Positions 52,701-64,000 of a DNA stretch of 64,000 bases are shown here, one piece after another. How positions within the stretch are numbered: the stretch's first letter is position 1; each line of letters begins with the position of its first letter. The DNA comes from Antedon mediterranea (lineage: Eukaryota > Animalia > Echinodermata): contig NW_027306095.1 in the NCBI RefSeq assembly GCF_964355755.1, positions 372,001 to 436,000 of the forward strand, read 5' to 3'. The translations under genes and the position numbers were made by a program. Below the pieces are notes generated by a model, which was not told the origin of the DNA, searched no databases, and was given only the letters and a program-made list of their open reading frames with translations.

Positions 52701-55700
52701 GGTCTAAAACGTCTGCAAATGCGATTTGAAGCTATTTTGTGCACTTTGATGTTTTTTTGTGAAAAGTTTCATCGAAAGGCACAAAATTGTCTAAAACGTC
52801 TCTAAATGCGATTTGAAGCTATTTTGTGCACTTTGTCGTTTTTGTGTGAAAAGTTTCATCGAAATTCCCAAAATGGTCTAAAACATCTCCAAATGCGATT
52901 TGAAGCAATTTTGTGCACTTTGATGTTTTTGTGTGAAAAGTTTCATCGAAATGCACAAAATGGTCTAAAACGTCTGCAAATGCGATTTGAAGCTATTTTG
53001 TGCACTTTGTCGTTTTTGTGTGAAAAGTTTTTTCGAAATGCACAAAATGGTCTAAAACGTCTCCAAATGCGATTTGAAGCAATTTTGTGCACTTTGATGT
53101 TTTGTGTAATCCAGTTTCATCGAAATGTACAAAATTGTCTAAAACGTCTCTAAATGCGATTTGAAGCTTTTTTGTGCACTTTGTCGTTTTTGTGTGAAAA
53201 GTTTTTTCGAAATGCACAAAATGGTCTAAAACGTCTCCAAATGCGATTTGAAGCAATTTTGTGCACTTTGATGTTTTGTGTAATCCAGTTTCATCGAATT
53301 GTACAAAATTGTCTAAAACGTCTCTAAATGCGATTTGAAGCTATTTTGTGCACTTTGTCGTTTTTGTGTGAAAAGTTTTATCGAAATGCTCAAAATGGTC
53401 TAAAACGGTTTCAAATGTGATTTTAAGCACTTTGATATTTTTGTGTAATCAAGTTTCATCGAAATGCACAAAATGGTCTAAAACGTCTGCAAATGCGATT
53501 TAAAGCTATTTTGTGCACTTTAATGTTTTGTTTGAAAAGCTTTATCGAAATTCTCAAAATGGTCTAAAACGGTTTCAAATGTGATTATAAGCAGTTTGAT
53601 GTTTTTGTGTAATCAAGTTTCATCGAAATGCACAAAATGGTTTAAAACGTCTGCAAATGCGATTTGAAGCTATTTTGTGCACTTTGATGTTTTTGTGTGA
53701 AAAGTTTCATCGAAATGCACAAAATTGTCTAAAACGTCTCCAAATACGATATTAAGCTATTTTGTGCACTTTGATGTTTTTGTGTGAAAAGTTTCATCGA
53801 AATGCACAAAATGGTCTAAAACGTCTGAAAATGCGATTTGAAGCAATTTTGTGCACTTTGATGTTTTTGTGTGAAAAGTTTCATCGAAATGCATAAAATG
53901 GTCTCTAAAACGTCTGCAAATGCGATTTGAAGCTATTTTGTGCACTTTGTCGTTTTTGTGTGAAAAGTTTTTTCGAAATGCACAAAATGGTCTAAAACGT
54001 CTCCAAATGCGATTTGAAGCAATTTTGTGCACTTTGATGTTTTGTGTAATCCAGTTTCATCGAAATGTACAAAATTGTCTAAAACGTCTCTAAATGCGAT
54101 TTGAAGCTATTTTGTGCACTTTGTCGTTTTTGTGTGAAAAGTTTTTTCGAAATGCACAAAATGGTCTAAAACGTCTCCAATTGCGATTTGAAGTTATTTT
54201 GTGCACTTTGATGTTTTGTGTGAAAAGTTTTATCGAAATGCTCAAAATGGTCTAAAACGGTTTCAAATGTGATTTTAAGCACTTTGATATTTTTGTATAA
54301 TCAAGTTAAATCGAAATGCACAAAATGGTCTAAAACGTCTGCAAATGCGATTTAAAGCTATTTTGTGTACTTTAATGTTTTGTGTGAAAAGTTTTATCGA
54401 AATTCTCAAAATGGTCTAAAACGGTTTCAAATGTGATTTTAAGCACTTTGATGTTTTTGTGTAATCAAGTTTCATCGAAATGCACTAAATGGTTTAAAAC
54501 GTCTGCAAATGCGATTTGAAGCTATTTTGTGCACTTTGATGTTTTTGTGTGAAAAGTTTCATCGAAATGCACAAAATTGTCTAAAACGTCTCCAAATACG
54601 ATATTAAGCTATTGTATGCACTTTGATGTTTTTGAGTGAAAAGTTTTTTCGAAATGCACAAAATGGTCTAAAACGTCTCCAAATGCGATTTGGAGCTTTT
54701 TTGTGCACTTTGATGTTTTGTGTAAAAAGTTTGCTATTTTGTGCACTTTAATGTTTTGTGTGAAAAGTTTTATCGAAATGCTCAAAATTGTCTAAAACGG
54801 TTTCAAATGTGATTTTAAGCACTTTGATATTTTTGTGTAATCAAGTTTTTTCGAAATGCACAACATGGTCTAAAACGTCTCCAAATGCGATTTGAAGCTA
54901 TTTTGTGCACTTTGATGTTTTTGTGTGAAAAGTTTATTCGAAATGCAAAAATGGTCTAAAACGTCTCCAAATGCGATTTGAAGTTATTTTGTGCACTTTG
55001 ATGTTTTGTGTGAAAAGTTTTATCGAAATGCTCAAAATGGTCTAAAACGGTTTCAAATGTGATTTTAAGCACTTTGATATTTTTGTGTAATCAAGTTTCA
55101 TCGAAATGCTCAAAATGGTCTAAAACGTCTCCAAATGCGATTTGAAGCTATTTTGTGCACTTTGATGTTTTTTTGTGAAAAGTTTCATCGAAATGCACAA
55201 AATGGTCTAAAACGTCTCTAAATGCGATTTGAAGCTATTTTGTGCACTTTGATGTTTTTGTGTGAAAAGTTTCATCGAAATGCACAAAATGGTCTAAAAC
55301 GTCTCTAAATGCGATTTGAAGCTATTTTGTGCACTTTGATGTTTTTTTGTGAAAAGTTTCATCGAAATGCACAAAATGGTCTAAAACGTCTCTAAATGCG
55401 ATTTGAAGCTATTTTGTGCACTTTGATGTTTTTTTGTGAAAAGTTTCATCGAAATGCACAAAATTGTCTAAAACGTCTCTAAATGCGATTTGAAGCTATT
55501 TTGTGCACTTTGTCGTTTTTGTGTGAAAAGTTTCATCGAAATGCACAAAATGGTCTAAAACGTCTGCAAATGCGATTTGAAGCTATTTTGTGCACTTTGT
55601 CGTTTTTGTGTGAAAAGTTTTTTCGAAATGCACAAAATGGTCTAAAACGTCTCCAATTGCGATTTGAAGTTATTTTGTGCACTTTGATGTTTTGTGTGAA

Positions 55701-58700
55701 AAGTTTTATCGAAATGCTCAAAATGGTCTAAAACGGTTTCAAATGTGATTTTAAGCACTTTGATATTTTTGTGTAATCAAGTTTCATCGAAATGCACAAA
55801 ATGGTCTAAAACGTCTGCAAATGCGATTTAAAGCTATTTTGTGCACTTTAATGTTTTGTGTGAAAAGTTTTATCGAAATTCTCAAAATGGTCTAAAACGG
55901 TTTCAAATGTGATTTTAAGCACTTTGATGTTTTTGTGTAATCAAGTTTCATCGAAAATCACTAAAAGGTCTAGAACCTCTGCAAATGCAATTTAAAGCTA
56001 TTTTGTGCACTTTAATGTTTTCTGTGAAAAGTTTTATCGAAATTCTCAAAATGGTCTAAAACGGTTTCAAATGTGATTTTAAGCACTTTGATGTTTTTGT
56101 GTAATCAAGTTTTTTCGAAATGCACAACATGGTCTAAAACGTCTCCAAATGCGATTTGAAGCTATTTTGTGCACTTTGATGTTTTTGTGTGAAAAGTTTC
56201 AATGAAATGCACAAAATGGTCTAAAACGTCTCTAAATGCGATTTGAAGCTATTTTGTGCACTTTGTCGTTTTTGTGTGAAAAGTTTCATCGAAATGCTCA
56301 AAATGGTCTAAAACGTCTCCAAATGCGATTTGAAGCTATTTTGTGCACTTTGATGTTTTTTTCTGAAAAGTTTCATCGAAATGCACAAAATGGTCTAAAA
56401 CGTCTCTAAATGCGATTTGAAGCTATTTTGTGCACTTTGATGTTTTTGTGTGAAAAGTTTCATCGAAATGCACAAAATGGTCTAAAACGTCTCTAAATGC
56501 GATTTGAAGCTATTTTGTGCACTTTGATGTTTTTTTGTGAAAAGTTTCATCGAAATGCACAAAATGGTCTAAAACGTCTCTAAATGCGATTTGAAGCTAT
56601 TTTGTGCACTTTGTCGTTTTTGTGTGAAAAGTTTCATCGAAATGCTCAAAATGGTCTAAAACGTCTCCAAATGCGATTTGAAGCAATTTTGTGCACTTTG
56701 ATGTTTTTGTGTGAAAAGTTTCATCGAAATGCACAAAATGGTCTAAAACGTCTGCAAATGCGATTTGAAGCTATTTTGTGCACTTTGATGTTTTTTTGTG
56801 AAAAGTTTCATCGAAAGGCACAAAATTGTCTAAAACGTCTCTAAATGCGATTTGAAGCTATTTTGTGCACTTTGTCGTTTTTGTGTGAAAAGTTTCATCG
56901 AAATTCCCAAAATGGTCTAAAACATCTCCAAATGCGATTTGAAGCAATTTTGTGCACTTTGATGTTTTTGTGTGAAAAGTTTCATCGAAATGCACAAAAT
57001 GGTCTAAAACGTCTGCAAATGCGATTTGAAGCTATTTTGTGCACTTTGTCGTTTTTGTACGAAAAGTTTTTTCGAAATGCACAAAATGGTCTAAAACGTC
57101 TCCAAATGCGATTTGAAGCAATTTTGTGCACTTTGATGTTTTGTGTAATCCAGTTTCATCGAAATGTACAAAATTGTCTAAAACGTCTCTAAATGCGATT
57201 TGAAGCTATTTTGTGCACTTTGTCGTTTTTGTGTGAAAAGTTTTTTCGAAATGCACAAAATGGTCTAAAACGTCTCCAAATGCGATTTGAAGCAATTTTG
57301 TGCACTTTGATGTTTTGTGTAATCCAGTTTATTCGAAATGTACAAAATTGTCTAAAACGTCTCTAAATGCGATTTGAAGCTATTTTGTGCACTTTGTCGT
57401 TTTTGTGTGAAAAGTTTTTTCGAAATGCACAAAATTTTCTAAAACGTCTCCAATTGCGATTTGAAGTTATTTTGTGCACTTTGATGTTATGTGTGAAAAG
57501 TTTTATCGAAATGCTCAAAATGGTCTAAAACGGTTTCAAATGTGATTTTAAGCACTTTGATATTTTTGTGTAATCAAGTTTCATCGAAATGCACAAAATG
57601 GTCTAAAACGTCTGCAAATGCGATTTAAAGCTATTTTGTGCACTTTAATGTTTTGTGTGAAAAGTTTTATCGAAATTCTCAAAATGGTCTAAAACGGTTT
57701 CAAATGTGATTTTAAGCACTTTGATGTTTTTGTGTAATCAAGTTTCATCGAAATGCACAAAATGGTTTAAAACGTCTGCAAATGCGATTTGAAGCTATTT
57801 TGTGCACTTTGATGTTTTTGTGTGAAAAGTTTCATCGAAATGCACAAAATTGTCTAAAACGTCTCCAAATACGATATTAAGCTATTTTGTGCACTTTGAT
57901 GTTTTTGTGTGAAAAGTTTCATCGAAATGCACAAAATGGTCTAAAACGTCTGCAAATGCGATTTGAAGCTATTTTGTGCACTTTGTCGTTTTTGTGTGAA
58001 AAGTTTCATCGAAATGCTCAAAATGGTCTAAAACGTCTCCAAATGCGATTTGAAGCAATTTTGTGCACTTTGATGTTTTTGTGTGAAAAGTTTCATCGAA
58101 ATGCACAAAATGGTCTCTAAAACGTCTGCAAATGCGATTTGAAGCTATTTTGTGCACTTTGTCGTTTTTGTGTGAAAAGTTTTTTCGAAATGCACAAAAT
58201 GGTCTAAAACGTCTCCAAATGCGATTTGAAGCAATTTTGTGCACTTTGATGTTTTGTGTAATCCAGTTTCATCGAAATGTACAAAATTGTCTAAAACGTC
58301 TCTAAATGCGATTTGAAGCTATTTTGTGCACTTTGTCGTTTTTGTGTGAAAAGTTTCATCGAAATGCTCAAAATGGTCTAAAACGTCTCCAAATGCGATT
58401 TGAAGCAATTTTGTGCACTTTGATGTTTTTGTGTGAAAAGTTTCATCGAAATGCACAAAATGGTCTCTAAAACGTCTGCAAATGCGATTTGAAGCTATTT
58501 TGTGCACTTTGTCGTTTTTGTGTGAAAAGTTTTTTCGAAATGCACAAAATGGTCTAAAACGTCTCCAAATGCGATTTGAAGCAATTTTGTGCACTTTGAT
58601 GTTTTGTGTAATCCAGTTTAATCGAAATGTACAAAATTGTCTAAAACGTCTCTAAATGCGATTTGAAGCTATTTTGTGCACTTTAATGTTTTCTGTGAAA

Positions 58701-61700
58701 AGTTTTATCGAAATGCTCAAAATGGTCTAAAACGGTTTCAAATGTGATTTTAAGCCCTTTGATATTTTTGTGTAATCAAGTTTCATCGAAATGCACAAAA
58801 TGGTCTAAAACGTCTGCAAATGCGATTTAAAGCTATTTTGTGCACTTTAATGTTTTGTGTGAAAAGTTTTATCGAAATTCTCAAAATGGTCTAAAACGGT
58901 TTCAAATGTGATTTTAAGCACTTTGATGTTTTTGTGTAATCAAGTTTCATCGAAATGCACAAAATGGTCTAAAACGTCTCCAAATGCGATTTGAAGCAAT
59001 TTTGTGCACTTTGATGTTTTGTGTAATCCAGTTTCATCGAAATGTACAAAATTGTCTAAAACGTCTCTAAATGCGATTTGAAGCTATTTTGTGCACTTTG
59101 TCGTTTTTGTGTGAAAAGTTTCATCGAAATGCACAAAATGGTCTAAAACGCCTCCAATTGCGATTTGAAGTTATTTTGTGCACTTTGATGTTTTGTGTGA
59201 AAAGTTTTATCGAAATGCTCAAAATGGTCTAAAACGGTTTCAAATGTGATTTTAAGCACTTTGATATTTTTGTGTAATCAAGTTTCATCGAAATGCACAA
59301 AATGGTCTAAAACGTCTGCAAATGCGATTTAAAGCTATTTTGTGCACTTTAATGTTTTGTGTGAAAAGTTTTATCGAAATTCTCAAAATGGTCTAAAACG
59401 GTTTCAAATGTGATTTTAAGCACTTTGATGTTTTTGTGTAATCAAGTTTCATCGAAATTCACTAAAAGGTCTAGAACCTCTGCAAATGCAATTTAAAGCT
59501 ATTTTGTGCACTTTAATGTTTTCTGTGAAAAGTTTTATCGAAATTCTCAAAATGGTCTAAAACGGTTTCAAATGTGATTTTAAGCACTTTGATGTTTTTG
59601 TGTAATCAAGTTTTTTCGAAATGCACAACATGGTCTAAAACGTCTCCAAATGCGATTTGAAGCTATTTTGTGCACTTTGATGTTTTTGTGTGACAAGTTT
59701 CAATGAAATGCACAAAATGGTCTAAAACGTCTCTAAATGCGATTTGAAGCTATTTTGTGCACTTTGTCGTTTTTGTGTGAAAAGTTTCATCGAAATGCTC
59801 AAAATGGTCTAAAACGTCTCCAAATGCGATTTGAAGCTATTTTGTGCACTTTGATGTTTTTTTCTGAAAAGTTTCATCGAAATGCACAAAATGGTCTAAA
59901 ACGTCTCTAAATGCGATTTGAAGCTATTTTGTGCACTTTGTCGTTTTTGTGTGAAAAGTTTCATCGAAATGCTCAAAATGGTCTAAAACGTCTCCAAATG
60001 CGATTTGAAGCAATTTTGTGCACTTTGATGTTTTTGTGTGAAAAGTTTCATCGAAATGCACAAAATGGTCTAAAACGTCTGCAAATGCGATTTGAAGCTA
60101 TTTTGTGCACTTTGATGTTTTTTTGTGAAAAGTTTCATCGAAAGGCACAAAATTGTCTAAAACGTCTCTAAATGCGATTTGAAGCTATTTTGTGCACTTT
60201 GTCGTTTTTGTGTGAAAAGTTTCATCGAAATTCCCAAAATGGTCTAAAACATCTCCAAATGCGATTTGAAGCAATTTTGTGCACTTTGATGTTTTTGTGT
60301 GAAAAGTTTATACGAAATGCACAAAATGGTCTAAAACGTCTGCAAATGCGATTTGAAGCTATTTTGTGCACTTTGTCGTTTTTGTGTGAAAATTTTTTTC
60401 GAAATGCACAAAATGGTCTAAAACGTCTCCAAATGCGATTTGAAGCAATTTTGTGCACTTTGATGTTTTGTGTAATCCAGTTTCATCGAAATGTACAAAA
60501 TTGTCTAAAACGTCTCTAAATGCGATTTGAAGCTATTTTGTGCACTTTGTCGTTTTTGTGTGAAAAGTTTTTTCGAAATGCACAAAATGGTCTAAAACGT
60601 CTCCAAATGCAATTTGAAGCAATTTTGTGCACTTTGATGTTTTGTGTAATCCAGTTTCATCGAAATGTACAAAATTGTCTAAATCGTCTCTAAATGCGAT
60701 TTGAAGCTATTTTGTGCACTTTGTCGTTTTTGTGTGAAAAGTTTTATCGAAATGCTCAAAATGGTCTAAAACGGTTTCAAATGTGATTTTAAGCACTTTG
60801 ATATTTTTGTGTAATCAAGTTTCATCGAAATGCACAAAATGGTCTAAAACGTCTCCAAATGCGATTTGAAGCAATTTTGTGCACTTTGATGTTTTTGTGT
60901 GAAAAGTTTCATCGAAATGCTCAAAATGGTCTAAAACGTCTCCAAATGCGATTTGAAGCAATTTTGTGCACTTTGATGTTTTTGTGTGAAAAGTTTCATC
61001 GAAATGCACAAAATGGTCTAAAACGTCTGCAAATGCGATTTGAAGCTATTTTGTGCACTTTGATGTTTTTTTGTGAAAAGTTTCATCGAAAGGCACAAAA
61101 TTGTCTAAAACGTCTCTAAATGCGATTTGAAGCTATTTTGTGCACTTTGTCGTTTTTGTGTGAAAAGTTTCATCGAAATTCCCAAAATGGTCTAAAACAT
61201 CTCCAAATGCGATTTGAAGCAATTTTGTGCACTTTGATGTTTTTGTGTGAAAAGTTTCATCGAAATGCACAAAATGGTCTAAAACGTCTGCAAATGCGAT
61301 TTGAAGCTATTTTGTGCACTTTGTCGTTTTTGTGTGAAAAGTTTTTTCGAAATGCACAAAATGGTCTAAAACGTCTCCAAATGCGATTTGAAGCAATTTT
61401 GTGCACTTTGATGTTTTGTGTAATCCAGTTTCATCGAAATGTACAAAATTGTCTAAAACGTCTCTAAATGCGATTTGAAGCTTTTTTGTGCACTTTGTCG
61501 TTTTTGTGTGAAAAGTTTTTTCGAAATGCACAAAATGGTCTAAAACGTCTCCAAATGCGATTTGAAGCAATTTTGTGCACTTTGATGTTTTGTGTAATCC
61601 AGTTTCATCGAATTGTACAAAATTGTCTAAAACGTCTCTAAATGCGATTTGAAGCTATTTTGTGCACTTTGTCGTTTTTGTGTGAAAAGTTTTATCGAAA

Positions 61701-64000
61701 TGCTCAAAATGGTCTAAAACGGTTTCAAATGTGATTTTAAGCACTTTGATATTTTTGTGTAATCAAGTTTCATCGAAATGCACAAAATGGTCTAAAACGT
61801 CTGCAAATGCGATTTAAAGCTATTTTGTGCACTTTAATGTTTTGTTTGAAAAGTTTTATCGAAATTCTCAAAATGGTCTAAAACGGTTTCAAATGTGATT
61901 TTAAGCAGTTTGATGTTTTTGTGTAATCAAGTTTCATCGAAATGCACAAAATGGTTTAAAACGTCTGCAAATGCGATTTGAAGCTATTTTGTGCACTTTG
62001 ATGTTTTTGTGTGAAAAGTTTCATCGAAATGCACAAAATTGTCTAAAACGTCTCCAAATACGATATTAAGCTATTTTGTGCACTTTGATGTTTTTGTGTG
62101 AAAAGTTTCATCGAAATGCACAAAATGGTCTAAAACGTCTGAAAATGCGATTTGAAGCAATTTTGTGCACTTTGATGTTTTTGTGTGAAAAGTTTCATCG
62201 AAATGCACAAAATGGTCTCTAAAACGTCTGCAAATGCGATTTGAAGCTATTTTGTGCACTTTGTCGTTTTTGTGTGAAAAGTTTTTTCGAAATGCACAAA
62301 ATGGTCTAAAACGTCTCCAAATGCGATTTGAAGCAATTTTGTGCACTTTGATGTTTTGTGTAATCCAGTTTCATCGAAATGTACAAAATTGTCTAAAACG
62401 TCTCTAAATGCGATTTGAAGCTATTTTGTGCACTTTGTCGTTTTTGTGTGAAAAGTTTTTTCGAAATGCACAAAATGGTCTAAAACGTCTCCAATTGCGA
62501 TTTGAAGTTATTTTGTGCACTTTGATGTTTTGTGTGAAAAGTTTTATCGAAATGCTCAAAATGGTCTAAAACGGTTTCAAATGTGATTTTAAGCACTTTG
62601 ATATTTTTGTATAATCAAGTTAAATCGAAAAGCACAAAATGGTCTAAAACGTCTCCAAATGCGATTTGAAGTTATTTTGTGCACTTTGATGTTTTGTGTG
62701 AAAAGTTTTATCGAAATGCTCAAAATGGTCTAAAACGGTTTCAAATGTGATTTTAAGCACTTTGATATTTTTGTGTAATCAAGTTTCATCGAAATGCTCA
62801 AAATGGTCTAAAACGTCTCCAAATGCGATTTGAAGCTATTTTGTGCACTTTGATGTTTTTTTGTGAAAAGTTTCATCGAAATGCACAAAATGGTCTAAAA
62901 CGTCTCTAAATGCGATTTGAAGCTATTTTGTGCACTTTGATGTTTTTGTGTGAAAAGTTTCATCGAAATGCACAAAATGGTCTAAAACGTCTCTAAATGC
63001 GATTTGAAGCTATTTTGTGCACTTTGATGTTTTTTTGTGAAAAGTTTCATCGAAATGCACAAAATGGTCTAAAACGTCTCTAAATGCGATTTGAAGCTAT
63101 TTTGTGCACTTTGATGTTTTTTTGTGAAAAGTTTCATCGAAATGCACAAAATTGTCTAAAACGTCTCTAAATGCGATTTGAAGCTATTTTGTGCACTTTG
63201 TCGTTTTTGTGTGAAAAGTTTCATCGAAATGCACAAAATGGTCTAAAACGTCTGCAAATGCGATTTGAAGCTATTTTGTGCACTTTGTCGTTTTTGTGTG
63301 AAAAGTTTTTTCGAAATGCACAAAATGGTCTAAAACGTCTCCAATTGCGATTTGAAGTTATTTTGTGCACTTTGATGTTTTGTGTGAAAAGTTTTATCGA
63401 AATGCTCAAAATGGTCTAAAACGGTTTCAAATGTGATTTTAAGCACTTTGATATTTTTGTGTAATCAAGTTTCATCGAAATGCACAAAATGGTCTAAAAC
63501 GTCTGCAAATGCGATTTAAAGCTATTTTGTGCACTTTAATGTTTTGTGTGAAAAGTTTTATCGAAATTCTCAAAATGGTCTAAAACGGTTTCAAATGTGA
63601 TTTTAAGCACTTTGATGTTTTTGTGTAATCAAGTTTCATCGAAATGCACAAAATGGTTTAAAACGTCTGCAAATGCGATTTGAAGCTATTTTGTGCACTT
63701 TGATGTTTTTGTGTGAAAAGTTTCATCGAAATGCACAAAATTGTCTAAAACGTTTCCAAATACGATATTAAGCTATTGTATGCACTTTGATGTTTTTGAG
63801 TGAAAAGTTTTTTCGAAATGCACAAAATGGTCTAAAACGTCTCCAAATGCGATTTGGAGCTCTTTTGTGCACTTTGATGTTTTGTGTAAAAAGTTTGCTA
63901 TTTTGTGCACTTTAATGTTTTGTGTGAAAAGTTTTATCGAAATGCTCAAAATTGTCTAAAACGGTTTCAAATGTGATTTTAAGCACTTTGATATTTTTGT
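49753..64000 (+). repeat. 87-bp satellite array, forward block 4
   Basis: Forward monomers; ~50.2-54.3 kb recurs at ~58.7-62.6 kb (ORF offset 8314). Confidence 0.97.

Noticed and set aside
637-63419. Dozens of repetitive ORFs (MRFEAILCTL…, MSISIKLFTQ…, MHKIASNR…)
   Set aside because: 87 bp = 29 codons, so frames stay open by chance. Stops (CAA>TAA) and frameshifting 86-bp and 38-bp variants are common, ORFs occur on both strands, and there is no sign of coding constraint.
1-64000. CRISPR-like array
   Set aside because: No unique spacers between repeats, no cas genes, and the context is eukaryotic with spliceosomal-type introns.

Overview
Eukaryotic (animal-like, AT-rich) satellite DNA. About 60 kb of the 64 kb is one ~87-bp tandem repeat family (roughly 700 monomers, with 86-, 78- and 38-bp variants) organised in irregular higher-order and segmental duplications (1275, ~2100, 2931, ~8300, ~17-18 kb and ~26 kb offsets). 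The array switches strand six times using only two breakpoint types: a perfect fold-back palindrome (3249, 15675, 42028) and a microhomology junction (~10053, ~23632, ~49752). The only non-satellite DNA is a 3760-bp cut-and-paste transposon (6283-10042) with CACAGCTGTT terminal inverted repeats and a 4-bp CGAA target-site duplication; empty copies of the site occur at 23622 and 49742. It sits ~10 bp from an inversion junction. It carries a spliced, internally deleted Chapaev-like (Transib/RAG1-related) transposase pseudogene that the ORF track mostly misses, and bipartite ends whose inner motif is offset by exactly 10 bp between left and right. All satellite ORFs are artefacts of an 87-bp (29-codon) period; no intact gene was found.
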